DNA of 64,000 bases. Origin: Bilabrum cf. latius (Eukaryota). Location of the stretch: assembly GCA_965178125.1 (NCBI GenBank), contig OZ237735.1, forward strand, positions 992,001-1,056,000. The letters are read 5' to 3'. Positions within the stretch are counted from its first letter, which is position 1, and every line of letters starts with the position of its first letter. Made by a program: the position numbers and the translations under genes. This document shows, one piece after another, positions 12,301-26,211 of this stretch. The notes under the pieces were generated by a model, which searched no databases, was not told the origin of the DNA, and saw only the letters and a list, made by a program, of their open reading frames with translations.

Positions 12301-15300
12301 TAGGTCTCTCCAGCCCTATACTTTGCTTACACTAGCTTTGCTATGGCGAACAAACCTGACCAATGACTCTGCTGCACCCCATGCGTCCCTTGTGTCGTCG
12401 ATTTCCTTCTGGATGTCAGCGCCCGCCCAAGTTCCGCAGTCTGTGCACAGCCTGTTGAGCTGGTCGATATGCTCGGTAAGCTAATCAGTGGCCTGTTCAG
12501 CTCGCCCAGATGAAGCAAGCAGCACACTCGATAGCTCCTACGCAGCATCCCGAACTCGCATTGTACAAGTTCCAACTGCGTCAGAAGAAGACTACCTCAG
12601 CCGAACAGTAGCTGCCCACAATGCCGCGTTGCACGTCAATGCCAGTAAGCTAGCACGCAAGGATCCCAATTGATGGCTGCGTACTTCATCACTACAAAGT
12701 GAATCGGATCTGGTTAGCAAGGCTACAGCTGATTTGCACCGTGATACAGTCAAGTCACGAATGAAGTCCGCTGGGACAATTGACCTCTGCCCAGCTTGCT
12801 GTAGCAGCTCAGCTGACTGTGCATGCATCCCGATTATTTCCCCAGATACAGCTGCTGTAGCATCGCTTAGCACAGTTCCAGCCATGGCAGCATGAACGCA
12901 CCCAGAGATCAGCTGTGAGGCATCAAACACACCTTTTGCAACTTCGATGCCGAAGCGGAGCCGAGGAGTTGATTCAGGTCCGGCAAGCTCGAGGCACTGC
13001 TCGAGCCTGCTGAACCATCGATTCTCAGATTCAAACTTAGTCTGCAACTCTCTAAAATAGTGCCCATGTACGTCTGAAATGATTGGCACGGCCTCAGCTT
13101 GACTCTGCAGCTCGGAGCGAGCACTTGATTTAGCAGCAACAGGGGGACTAGTTGACTTCGATGATGCTCGATGCGATCGAGCCGCAACACTGCTCGCTGC
13201 AAAGACTCGTTTCATCGGAACGATGTCGTCAAATGCATTGCTTTTAATGCTTGTTTGAGCTGGTTTTGATTCCTACAGCGCTGCCAATCGCGGGGTGGTC
13301 CAGCGATCAACAACACTGGGCGACTCAAAAGCCTATTCATCAGTAGCCGCTTGCAAGATGTCGCTCCCAATTCGAAGAAATGCGACGAGTCTATCTATTG
13401 CTATCCAAGAGTGTCGCAGGTCATGCTCGCCGCTGAGCTTCCCAAACAACTTCTTTCCAAGTGGCTGGCCTTGGATCGTAGTGGCAAGCTGTATCACGTC
13501 TATCGTAGTCCCTGGTGACCTAGAGAAGTCTCGGACACATGCGAACAAGTGCAAATACTCCAGCAGAATGCGAAACCGCTTGAGCTCAATATTAACAATC
13601 TATCGATCTGAATCACTCAGGCCCAATGCGAGTCTGGTCGCCACGTCGAGTTGGCTGCTCATCAAACCGACAGACTCCCGTACAAGTGTGGGGACTATGT
13701 TGCTTTGAAACAGCTGGTCAGCTCTAGACCGCAACTGAAACAGGGCAGCAAGCAAGTTCACGGATCGTCGAAGTCCAACAAACATTGCATCTCTAGATTG
13801 TTCTGACCTCAAGAATACGTGCCAAGGCGGCAAAGAGGGGTCAAACATCCAAGACACCGGGGGTGGCTTAAGAGTCGATATGATTGCGCTCCTGCTGCTC
13901 TCTCTCAATGGGGCTGAAGTGGTCTGAGGGGGCTGAACTTGCAGCATTGCTGGCCTTCTTTTCTTGTCTCGAAGACGAGGCACACGCATGCTGGTCCTTC
14001 GCAACAGCAGCACAGAGGCTCCTGAACCTGGCATGGTGCCCAATGCCCTTCGTGGCGACATCTGCAAAGTCGCCGACCGATCGTGCTGGAGTCGCGCACG
14101 TTCCGCTAGCGATTCTTTGTATCTGGCAACGAGTGAGTTTCCAATGCGAGAAATAGTGGACAGGCTGGCTTTCTCACTCACGCTGGCTTGACCGATGCTG
14201 GCGGCCCGCGAAATGACAACACATGCACCTGAAAGCAGGGCATCGGGATCTGTAGGAGCTATACGACTGGATTCTGGCACCCCTGAGGGCTTTGATGTGC
14301 GTGGACCAGAGGCCCTCGGTGTATCCGCTAGAGCGTCCAAAATATCAGCGACTTCATCGCCTGATACAACCGCACTCTCATCATCACCATCGCCATCATC
14401 GGTATCGTCAGAAACCTCATCCAAAGCACTGAAGTCGAAGTGGTGTTGCACCACTCGGCTACTATGCGCAGTTCGGAGGCCCGATCGATGCACCGATTGC
14501 TTCTACACGCAGGACACAAGCTGCCCAGACAGACTCAGCTCGTATGGATCGCAAGCCAACGACAGAGTGGAAGATGCAGCTGCCAGTGAATCGCTGGACA
14601 GCATCCAACCGGGCACCTGCAGCTCACCAATTGACACACCATCTGTGCGAGCCTGCCACGCAGGATTAGTTAGAGTTTGCCTGAGTAGCACTGCAGTCCG
14701 GTGGTTCTACCAAATCACGAGCATGAAAAAAAACTCGGCTGCAAAGCTGACATCGAGACCTAGCGGGGGGCTGGCGGTCTCTGTAAGGCTCGTAGCCGGC
14801 AGTTCGCTATCAGCAATGCCACCCTCAACAGCACCTCGAGACTCATCTAGCGTGCTCTACGATCTTGTGTCATTGCAACGGATGCAGAGAAGTGGAGTCT
14901 GGATCGGGAAAAAGAAAGCAACACCACCAGTGTTAATAGCACGAACGAGCTCTCGAGCATATTTGGCCCGGTCTCCATGGGCGAGTGCCCGTCTGCACTC
15001 TGCAATGATGGAGATAGTGGACACTAAATCCTACAAGGAGGATCCGCCATCCACGACCCCCCCAGCAAGACCAGATTGAACTGCAGCTAATTGAGCCCTA
15101 CAGCTCTCTGCAATCTTAGCACCTCGCTCGCAGGCATCCATATCGACTCCAGCAGCGTTGAGAGCTGCTTGAAGGTCGATTGGAGATTCAGTTTCAGGCA
15201 TGGATTGCACATGCTCCAGCACAAGACTTGCTGCTCGAGCAACCGAACTCTGCCGCTTGTCAGATGATTTGGGGCCTGCCAACTCTGGCACTCGATCATC

Positions 15301-18300
15301 ACAAACAGAATCAGATGCCTAGTTCGTGTTCCGCGAGGCTGCTTTGCTGTGCTCGCCGCGCGGATCGCTGCTGCTCTCGAACACTGAAGCAAGCCCAAGC
15401 ATCTCTTCGTACTGTGACTTCCGCCGCCGACGCGATCGTTTCTTTTGTTTTGATGGCCCAAGCTCTGAGCTTGAACCATCATGCTTGCCGGCGCGAGGGC
15501 TCGATCCGGACGACTGTGTTTGGCTTGGCACTCCAGTTCCGGTCAATAGACCCAAGTGATTTAACCAAGCAAGCCGCACTGAAGAAGGCAGCACAGAGCT
15601 CCGAAGCGCTTCTCGTCTACACGCATTCAAGACTTCCTGCAACTCTTGGGCCTTGTGTAGAATGAGTCTCGCTTCAGTAACCAGCTCCTCAAGTTCTCCG
15701 ATCCATTTGGCCCGTCTAGCTGCACTGGTCCCACTACCATTTGCAGAAGTAAGCAGTGCGTCGGCCATACGCAAACCCCGTGCAAGAATTGAGCTTCGCT
15801 TCATTTTAATGCCTCGCAATAGGGTTCTACGGCTCTCCATCCGCTCGAACACTGCCTGTCTGCGTCGCTCTGCCCGAATCACCTCGTCCCTCGCGGAGAG
15901 CCCGGCAGATCTGGCCTCATCGATCGAGGCTGCCAAGCGGTCATAAATGGCTGGGTCTTCGATATCTTCTGATTCACACTCATGCAACACCTTCAGAATT
16001 TTGGCTTGACGGGATAGATTTGAGAGCACCCGCTTTGCAGCCCACACCACGGGGGTTGGCTGCAAAGCCACTGGCAACAACCTGATCCGCTGCAGTGCCA
16101 GTCTAAGCTCTCGTTCTACCTGAACCCTGCTGACAACGTGAGCATGCCTTGGAGACAATCTACTCGACTAGGAGCGCGAGATTGTCGGTGGTAGTGCCTA
16201 CTAGTATCGACCCGACCAAGCGATTGGGAGCGGGGCATCGCTGCTGCGGCGGTTCGTGCCACGCGTGCCTGCGACTGACGAAGGTGGCTGAGCTAGTACC
16301 TACCCGTCGGGACCGACAATCACCTCTTGAAACAGCTCAGCTGCATGATTCAAAGCAGCACGTAGCTCAATCGAGCATTTGGACCGGGACTATATCAATC
16401 GGCGAAGCTGCATGCCTCTCATCGTTGCCTGAATCCGCTGTGCAGCCGATGCGTGCAGCAAGTCTCGAAATCTAGCCAGTCGCAATACAGCTTCAGTTGA
16501 AACATGAACTGAAGCGTCATCCATGCTGCTAACCTAAACTTCGTTAGCAGAAACAATCGCTGCGGAGTGCAGCCAGGGGAAGAGAGTTGTCTTTGGCTAC
16601 TCAGTGCCGGCCATGACAGTGGGTCGGAGCTGCGACCAGAACACCATTTCCAGCCACAGATGGGTGAGCTAGCGTTCATAATTTACCCGTGCATCTACAG
16701 TGGTACATTTTGAGCTATCAGAGGAGGAGGATCCTTGCCCAGATACGATCGCACGACGAAGAGCTGCCTCAGCACTCGCGTCACCAGATGCAGTCACCAT
16801 CACGCGCCGTTTGGCCTTTTCATAGCGCTACCCAGCGCGTTTCAAGGACGGGTTCTGCCTTTCGAGCTGTTTACGTACTGCCGGTGGGATGAAAACGGCA
16901 AGTTTAGCTGGAGAAGCAAGGTAATCAATTCGCTGCAGCCAGTGGCGCGATATGGAAACCGAGCAGCCCGCCAGTGACGCCACGGCTTCGACAGCTCCCG
17001 CCATTTCTAGCTCCTCGCGGGGAACCACATGAAGCGACTTGTCTCCTTCGGTGCTGCATTGACCTGAAGAGGACAGTACGCAATGCACGTGGACAAGGGC
17101 AGAATCCGACCGGCGCATACCAGCTGGTTTGAGGTAGTCGAGTTTACCTGCTGCTGCTCGAACCAAATCGCATGCAGCCCCAACGATAGCAATGTCAAGA
17201 TCACCTGGCAAGCTACGCGATAAAGCCGAGTCTAGCTTTAAAACTCCACCAAGAATCGCCCTAGACGAATCGAGTGACGTTTGCTCCGCAAGGACACCCA
17301 GAGCCGGTCCAACATGCTCATCATGATGCGAATCTAGCTACGCAACTGCTCTGCCGAAGCCACTGATAAAAACGTCTTGGATCATAGCCAACCTAGATTC
17401 AGCAGAGGGATCGACATGGGCTATCGCACCAGGAAGCCTCCCAAACCTGCCGAGCCGCAACCTGTGCACTGGTCTGAATACGCAGGCCACGTCTACTGCG
17501 GCAGCATGCCGTGCGGAGTCAGACATCCCGCGCTTCAAATCGACGGTCTCTTCTAAGGTGGTAAACGCTGTCACAAACTCTGCATCACCACTGGTACTCA
17601 GCGGCTACCTTCTCACCGAGCTGCAATTAAACCACAGCAGGTCCTGGAGGCATTCGTTGACACGCCGGATTGCACACCCGCTCGCGCTGCTGAACAGAAG
17701 CCGAGCCACCCACGTGCATTCATCCTGCTACAAGCTGCGTCCAGTGACTCGTACAAGCTCCTCGAGTGATCCAGAGCTGAGTCTCTTGAACTACCGACGC
17801 AAAACCCTATGCGCCGAGGCCATTTCACCTCTTTGCGCCAGCAGTGCTGCTGCAACCATAGCAAGTTCTGGTAGGACAGCCTTGGTCCCGCGTATGGCAA
17901 TGCTAGTAGTCGACACACCAAATGACCCCTACCCATATACTGAGGATCGAACTGAAGCTCCGATCCCTACACCAGCACCAGCACCAGCACCAGCACCAGC
18001 ACCAGCACCAGCACCAGCACCAGCACCAGCACCAGCACCAGCACCAGCACCAGCACCAGCACCAGCACCAGCACCAGCACCAGCATCGCCTAGTTGCAGG
18101 CTTCCAGCGGGCGTAATAACATGCTCAAGGAGCCAGAGGAAGTCCTCTCTGTCTGCTTCGCCAGACCTGCCACTTACTCCTGGTGCGGACAAGATGCCCC
18201 GGCCTGAATTTGATGGGTCAGCAAATGCACCAGCAAGTATCATTACTGCCTCCAACTCGTCGTCACTTGCAGTGAGGGCATGCAGTGGGCGAGCGGCGCT

Positions 18301-19527
18301 GTCTCGGTCCAATGCTCGCCGGGCGACAGTGCAGGCAAAGGCTACCGCTCCCGGCAGCTTCAGTCCAGCATCGGGAACGATGATTCTATCCGTCGTCTTA
18401 TCAACCTTCACTTGATGCTTCAAAGATTCTGCCCGGGTACTCTCGCTTGGAAAAACTGAAGCGCAGCAAGTCGCGGCAAGCCTAATGCGAGTGCAAACCA
18501 GCCGTGACTTCGCAGTTGGGGAGTCCAACCTACCACACGAATCCCCCAAACTGCTCATAATGCTTGCATCAGAGGTATTCGACCCATCGATCCATGGTTT
18601 TGCAGGGGCGTCTTGATGAAGTGGAACGTCAGTGGAGCAAACAGCTGCAACAAGAGCGGGTCCAAACGGGGACTCTGTCACCGTGCACGGGGCCATCTCG
18701 CTGATAGAGTCTCTCGATCTCCTTAATCTCGACTACATGTGAGACGTAATGGATTTAAATTTTGCTAGACTGCTTGAGGCTGGCCCCGAGCCGGCGATGG
18801 AGAGCTCAACATCAGCGGCCACAACTCCAACACCGTCTTCTGTGGTTGTTGATGCCGCAAACGCCCGACATAGATCCCAAGCGCCCCGAATTCGCTGTTG
18901 CAGCATTAAACTGCGCGACATAGCCGTTCTCTGCATGACCTTCAGCTGTCTGTGACCCGACGAAGTGCTGGACATGTGCTCAAGCTTGTGACGGAACCGC
19001 AGCTGGCGAACCGAGTCGAACACCAAACCAGTGTCCATGCAGTGAGCCAGGCATCGCATTAATGACTCGGTACACGAGACTTGCTCGCACTAGATTTGCG
19101 CCAACCCGGCCGTCGGGCCGGGCAGTAAGCACGTACCAATCAACGAGAAATCTGGTGGATCGGCCAAGGTCCTCTGAAGCTGGCAAGAAATGCGCACTTT
19201 GCACAATACGAAGTCCACTGCAGCCAATAAGCTTTTGTCAGGTGACATGGATTTCTTTCGGGTGCTATTGACACGTAAGCGCCTCTACCATTCTGCTTTG
19301 CTGTTGGTGGCGTCCTCCTCAACGGCTACCGCGGTCCACGATTCGCCACAATGCAACAGATTCCCGGCAGCAACTGAATCGTGTGGAATGTTGCTGAAGG
19401 AAGATTCACGGAAAAGGGCATCTCCAACGAAAGAGCTCATGACAATGAATGAGAGATACCGTTCGCGTCGAACTAATTTGGCTTCATCTTCAAAGTGTGG
19501 CTTCACCATGGTCGCACGAAGAGGCAT
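9385..19527 (-). CDS. ~3,380-aa intronless protein with a degenerate myosin-motor-like N-terminal region, an IQ motif and a long tail
   Basis: Fifteen minus-strand ORFs (9385...19285) share one frame. The main gaps read by eye contain only TAG, and the frame ends at TAA 9385-9387. IQ motif AAQRIQATMRGMQLRR at about 16400-16446. Myosin-like motif remnants lie upstream in the expected order. The CDS is well supported, the family call is tentative, and the start is uncertain. Confidence 0.7.
17971..18084. repeat. (ACCAGC)19 hexanucleotide microsatellite encoding poly(Ala-Gly) in the minus-strand gene
   Basis: Perfect tandem ACCAGC visible at 17971-18084. Confidence 0.95.
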
Positions 19528-19554
19528 GAAATACAAAAATCTTGTACCAAGCAG

Positions 19555-22500
19555 TCACTTAAGCTTGTTCGTGAGGTGGTGCCTTGCCAGCAAGTTGTAA
19601 ATATCAGCCTTGTCGGACGGCTTGGGAAGACTTCCTGCGATCGGAGTGCCTTGGAAGTCTGCGCCCCCGTTGCCGCTGTGCGCGATGATTGTGCAAGCCC
19701 CGACCTAGGCCTGCTTCTTGATCAGCTTGGTAGCTTCGGCCCCAGACATGCCGGGCAGCCCATTATCCATGAGTACGAACCAGTTCGGCAGCCCAGCGGG
19801 GTGCTTCCCTGTCTTTGCCTCGCGCTTCATGTAGTCGAGAGCCGACTCAGCGGTGCCGTGCGACACGATGTGCACGCGCGACTTGTCCACCATGTCCGGT
19901 TTTGCAAGCATGGCTTCCATCTGTTTGCGGACTGTAGCCTCGTCATCCACGATCAGAATCACGGGCGAAGGATGGTCACCACAAAGCACCGGACGGTGCC
20001 CGCCCGCACCCGCGGAATCCAGGGACTGTTGCAGCACCTGTGGAAGCCTGACCCAGAAAAAGAGCAGAGAACCAACCCCTTCGGCACTGGCATATCCGAT
20101 CAAACCACCGTGCAGAGCCACGGTTGCATCCGATATCACCAGCCCGAGACTCGCCCCTCCTTCGTGCAGCATCAGGTTGCTCGACAGCAGTTGCCGGGAG
20201 AGCATCAGCGCATCGTTGTGACTAAACTTTGGAGATTCTCCTCGAACCCATACCCATCCACTCAAGAAGCGCGGTGCTACCCATCGGACCCTTGATGAAA
20301 GCAGCATGCTTTCTAGGATGCCTCGGCTACCCGACGACCCCTGCAGCCGACCAGCCGTCGAACCTGAAGCACCTTGGTGGTTGCTATTGAAACTTCTGCC
20401 CTCATACACCTTGCGATGACTTCGGCTGCGCTGGGGGGGCAACTTCTGCCTAGAACCGCGCCTACTGGACTGCCTAGTCGCGACCGCTGCTCCATGCCCT
20501 CCTGCGTGCTAATGCTAGTCAGACGCTACCTCAGACTCTTCCTCTCCACCCAGGGGGTCGTCCAGCATGTCGATATACATCGAAGTGATGGCGCTCCGAA
20601 TCCAGGACAAGCACATGGGGGCACAGTTCCTCTCCGTTCGGGGACTGAGCATCCCTTCCATCCTGCTCGCCATGGCATCACCTGCTCCATGGATTCGCCG
20701 CACCACGTCTTTCTGCACCTGCTTGTACGACTGTTGGCCAGAAGGTGCCGAAGCACCGCTCGCTGTAGTTGAAGCGCTATTGCTAGCAGTGATTCTAGCG
20801 CTGCTACCTTCGTGTTCGGGACTGTCGCGACGCAGCTGCTCCGACCAACCACACCCTGCTTGCCCTTCCCGCCCTGCAGGCTTGCCAGAGCCTTTCGATT
20901 GGTTCGAGCCCTAGGACGGCATGCTTGCAGGCGATGAGACAGGCGATTCGGCTGCTCGAGTAGAACGCAAAAGCAATCCAAGTTCATCGACGAGAGCTGG
21001 AGACAGCTGCCCAGATTTCCGCACCTGGTCTAGGTCCCATAGCGGTGGCGGCAGCGGAGAGAGCCCAGCCACAACCTGAGCAGTTCTCATCGAACCTTGC
21101 TCCCTGTCTGCAGATGCAGATGTATGGATAGCTTCCGCATCAATCCTTCCAGTCTGTGGGTCCACACCGAACATGCGCAGCATGCCAGACTCCGCGTCAA
21201 CGGGTTTCTGGATGTCGCGCCCGCGATGCATCGGCGACCCGGTGAGGTCTTGGACCTATTCTTCAAAGCCGTCTCTTGGAATACTCGAGCTGCACGCCCT
21301 TGAAGCAGCTCCTGATCGCCCCGGCATGGTACTCTCTCTACCAGATCGCGCGTCATCGCTGATGAGGCCGGACGTAGTCTGCTGGACACCGGCAGGAACA
21401 GATACCTTCGAATCAATGCGTGCATTTGCATGCGAGTCCTTGGTGGTAGAGCTGTGAGCTGTTGCAGCGTCGTATCCAGAAGAATGTGCCGCAACTGGGC
21501 CTAGGTCGGCCTCGGAGCCGCCCGAGTTCGGGTAGGTGACCATGCGTCGAACTCCAAACAGCAGAATGTTGAAGTACGCCTGCGCGAGTTTCGGCCCGTC
21601 AGCAAACGCCTCTAAGTGCACAGTCCCAGCTGCAGGCGCCGAGCTTCGCCGCCATGGCCCATGCTCTGCGCCGTGGCGGTCTATGCTGAGGCTGCGTAGC
21701 TGTCGCATTTGCACTTTGACTCTGTCCTCGGCAGGCTGTCGTGGACCTGGAGTTGCCCCCGAGTTGTTCGTTCCAAGCAGACCAGGCGCATCTGGCGTGC
21801 CGATTTCCGCGTCGGTAGCACCACTATTTCGTGGGCCGCTCTTGGTGCCAAGAACACGTGGTCCCGGTGTTGGAGTGGCGGTTGGCATTGCAGCCCCACC
21901 AACGGAGTCGACAGATTGTCGAGGCACCCCTTCCCCCCCAGAGGAGCCCCTGGAGAAGCGCCGGGACGACTGCATTGCGCCTGACCCTTCTCGTCCAGCT
22001 GATCCGCCCAGTTGCTCGCCCATATCTCTCAGAACCATGAGCTACATCGCGGCTCTCCCCGCAGCCTTCCACAGCTCGAGATTTACCCGAGCACCCATTC
22101 GGTCAGCGACGCTGAAATCGTTCGGTTCTGAGACCTCCTTGAGACCGAAAGTGGCAGTCTGTCCCACCATGCTACTGCTTGGTGAGCATAGCATATTCGC
22201 AACTGTCCAATGGATTGATCGCGGCATTTGGTTGCGCACCACGCTCTGCGCTCTCTTCACGTTCCTCACGAGGAGCTCGTCAATGTCGCACACCTGAGGC
22301 TCCACAACAAGCTTTCCATCATCAAGTCTCTGCAGCGAGAGAACATCCGACACAATGGCGTCAATTGCCTGCGCGCTCTGCGAAATCTGCTGGGCGCCCT
22401 AGTCTAGCACTTGCATGCTGTCAAGGAGACCACCCGGAGGGAGCTCAGGCGGCTCCGACCCAGCAGTTTCGGAGTGAGTAGCCGAACGCTGCGAATTGGA

Positions 22501-25500
22501 GGAATGCTTCTTTGCTGGGCGACTTGATTGTGATTGCGAGATGGAGGCATCTGGCCGACCACTAGGTTGCTCTGTGACAGGGGCGTCAGATGCTCCCTTG
22601 TCCCCAGGGCCCTTGTTGGCATCGCCGTCGGCTGGAGCAGGATCCGCTGCAACCCCGTTGGAACCAGCAGCTGCGGCCTTCTTTTTCTTGCGCTTCACAA
22701 CGCGCCTTCGTTTCGGCGGTTCAGTAGCTGCAGCAGCAGTGGCTGCATCATCGTGGGCAGCATCTGCTTTCTAGGCAGCAGGCACGTCGCCTCCGCTGGA
22801 TGGCGCTGCTCCGCTGGCCTAAGGTTGGTCTACTTTCTGCTCTTGCTTCTCTTCCTACTCTTGCCTCTGCGCCTTCTTCTTCTTCTTAACCACGCGCCGC
22901 TTCCCTTTTGGCTTGGTGCTAGAAGGTCCATCGTCATGTGGTGCACCAGAGACACCCGACTATTTGGACTCGTCAGGGCCCGCCGTGGCCGAGCTTTTCG
23001 TCAGAGGGACCCGGCTTCCTGCTCCAACCTGCAAACGTTGCTAATTGTTTTGTGAGCCATTCGACAGCTGCAGCTGGCCACTTGGCTGGCGCTTTGCCTC
23101 GCGGCGTCTCTTGACGACGTCGAACAGCCACCCCTTGAACTTGTCAAGCACCTCGTTGCTCTCCTCCGCACCTGCCGTCAGCCCCATCAGGCTGTTTCTC
23201 GCTTCATGCGAGCAAAATTTCAGCCTGGATTGCAAACCGAGGTGAATCTGGGCTGCCTCCCTTGCTGCCTTCCGCAAGTCGATCACCAGCATGATCCATC
23301 TTGCAAACACGAGGATAGGTAGGGTGTCCATGAACACGGACAGCATTGCATAAGAAATGGCCAGCACGATCTGACCTACAAACAGGCTATGGACCTCGTC
23401 GTGGATGCGAGAAGGAGCCGTCGCATTCCATACGGCACGCATGGGTGCCAGGGCAGCAGTCACGCTCGAGTTGGCCCCAAGCAACTAGTCCGGCCGGCCG
23501 CCGCTCAGTCGGTCCACAAATGGAAGCTCTGCGCACGGCACGCCGGGGTGCCACGCGTTGCCCCATCGCAAGGCACACATTACGTCCACGTTCGGCTGCA
23601 GGAGGCTAACATCGGCTAACGACACGTTGACCGCAACGTCGAACCGGTCTGTGGACCACGAGTCTGTGCCACCTGATGCCTTCGTGCCGTTGGAAATTAT
23701 CCAATCGGGTGCGGACACAGTCAGATGAAGCGACCCGAACTCGTGAAGCCACGCACCTGCAGCTCCTGAGGTGGTCATCTGCATGTTCATGGACGTGCAG
23801 TTCTGCGCCGTGGAGCCGTATGGGCCTCGCTGGAAGCCGTCCACTGCGATGAGTATTATCACCAGCCACCGGCTCCACTGCAACAAAGAGGCAGAATTGG
23901 ATTCGAGAGTGTGCGCAGACACCAGCAAGGCATCTGCCTCCGGGCTCTACGCTAGGCTCAGTGCCTGCCCCTTCCTGCGCATCTGCTGGTGGGCTGCGCT
24001 TGGCAGCGAGATGCCACCCGAGCCTGCCCCACTATTTCCATTTGCAGACGACGCCTGATGCGCCATAATGTGCGCCCCCCCAGCTAGGCTTCGTGCAACG
24101 CTTTCGTTGTCAGCAATGTCACCAGATGCCTCGTGCCTGCTCGCTCGAGTGCTGTTCAAAGCCTCGCCGGTGGCACCACCTCTGTCATCGCCACCATCGC
24201 GGTCTAAAATGTAGTCGGAACCAAACAGACGGTCTGTGTAGCGAGAGAGTCTGTTCAGCGAGGCAGAGTCACGCTCGGATGGCCAGCCTCCCTGCCACGT
24301 GCTGGGCGTGTCCGCGTCCGCGCCACCGCAGCAGCCAAGCACACGAGACAGCCAGGAGTCCCCCACGCGGGATTCGGACGAGCCGAACCATGTTGAAGAA
24401 CAGCACGGGGCGGGACCGCTTTGCTCGGCGCGAGAGCAGCGGAAGCAGCAGAAGAGATGCGACAGGAACCCCAAGCAGCCCGTTCCACGTGAGCCGCGCC
24501 CTGCAGAGTCAGTGCCACGAACGGGATCCAAGACCCAGACGATCCAAAACAAGCACAACCCGATCGAAAGGTATCCCAAGATCTCAAGGCACCCCACGAT
24601 CCAGAGCAGCACCTCAAAGTCGAACCAGTTCTGGGCCGAGTCGAACAGTCCGAGATGTGCCTCCACACGGAGCCCGCTGGCGCCATCCCAGTAGTCCCAG
24701 CCGTTCGGAATGCTCCCATTCTGAGCGTGCTGGACAAGACCGGCCAGGAGAGGGCTGATGGCGTCATGTGTCGGCGTACCTGGACGGGCCCAGGCAAGCA
24801 CGCTCGGGTGAACCTGCATGGCAGCTCCTGCAGGAAGGACCAGCGGCTCGAGCATCTGGGACGCCGAACCAGCTCCCATCCCGGCCTCTAGCGCCCCCTG
24901 CGGCATGGATGCGTCCAGCATGCCCCTGCTCGACATGAGCCCTGCGTCCTGCAGCCTCAACCGCAGCTCGGAGAATGCGAATGCGGCACAGGTGGCGCTG
25001 GGAAGCAGGCCCAGCTGGGCCTCGTCTGCCAGCCCCAGCAGCCTCTCTGACTCAGACACAACGAGTAGCTGTAGCAAGGAAGCCAACACCGCCAGGAACT
25101 GCACCGTGAACACCACCGCCGCAGCGAACAGGACGTTCGTGACGCTCGGCTGCTCTCGAATCACCGGTGAGGAGCGGGGCGTTACCGCCCAGAGTAGTGC
25201 TACCAGGGCAATGTAGTACATGGTCCTGGACGCGAAGAAGCCGAGGTACTGGTATCCGATTGCAGGGCTGGTGAAGGATGCTCCATCGGACACACCGAGC
25301 TGCACCTGTGGCAGCACGAGATGCACTTCCTCATCCTCCTACGCCATCTGGTATTCGCCAGCCCCCCGAATTGCCGCGACCAGTACCACGATGGCGGAGA
25401 ATCGGAGAACAAGCGCCTGGTCGCGACGCTGATGAGCATCACGGCTCCGGCGGCACGGCAGCAAGAGCAGCAACAGTCCAACGGCCAGGAGGGAGCTCAG

Positions 25501-26211
25501 CAAAGCAGTTGCGAGCTCCACCGATTGCGTGAGGTGCCAAGCCCCATCCGCTGCTGCTGTATCCCATCCAAACTAGTTCCTCACTACTTCCCGCATCTAG
25601 ATTCCGTGCAGAAACGGGCCGCTACTCGAAGAAGTTTGGTTTCGCATCGACGACAAGTCGAAGCGAAGCACGTCCTCTTCGGACAGAGAATTGACGTCGT
25701 ACAACTCGCTCTTGCTCAGCGATTGCGAAATGGCAGTCGTAACATACCCGCAAACTGTGAACAGGATCACGTCAAGAGCCGTCATTAAGATCAGAAAGGT
25801 GAAGACGAACCTAACATTTGGCCACGGCTCCAGCCAGAGATTGCTGAAGGTGTCTCCTTCGTTCTAGTTCGACTAGCTCGGCTTGTTTTCCTTGTCTGAC
25901 GATCCTGGAGTACGGTTGCGCTCGCTTGTGCTCGTCAAACCAGGGTATACCAGGGACGTCGAGCCTTCGCTCGACGGCTAGCGCATCCTTGTCCCGCTGC
26001 TCACGGCGCGCTTGTGTTCGCTCGATGCGCTCGGCATCGGACTGAGCTTGGTATTATTATCGATGTTTGCGATATGGCCAATCTACTGCGATGAAGAGCG
26101 AGTTGTTAGTCCGGCAAACGACGATTGACTACAAACACTAGTCTTGCATGGCGGTGGTACCATGCAGACATGACTGTGCATGCTTGGGTTCCTTTTGAAA
26201 TATGACTGCAT
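19555..26211 (-). CDS. Membrane-bound hybrid histidine kinase (TM region + HisKA + HATPase-like + receiver), ~2,200 aa
   Basis: ORFs 25597, 25339, 23947, 23485, 23041, 22399, 22042, 21256, 20911, 20515 and 19705 share one frame, joined by TAGs. H-box FCSHEARNSL; G2-like GASLGLVISDATVALHGGLIGYASAEGVGS; receiver ILIVDDE...LMDNGLPGMSG...IIAHSG...PKP. TGA at 19555-19557. Start could be ATG 26211, 26181, 26163, 26037 or 25986. Confidence 0.85.

Noticed and set aside
17558-18415. Plus-strand poly(PA) and poly(HQ) ORFs
   Set aside because: These are shadow frames of the ACCAGC microsatellite inside the minus-strand 10-kb gene.
14195-25216. Numerous 100-300 aa plus-strand ORFs opposite the two large minus-strand genes
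   Set aside because: Antisense shadows in GC-rich coding DNA with no recognisable motifs.
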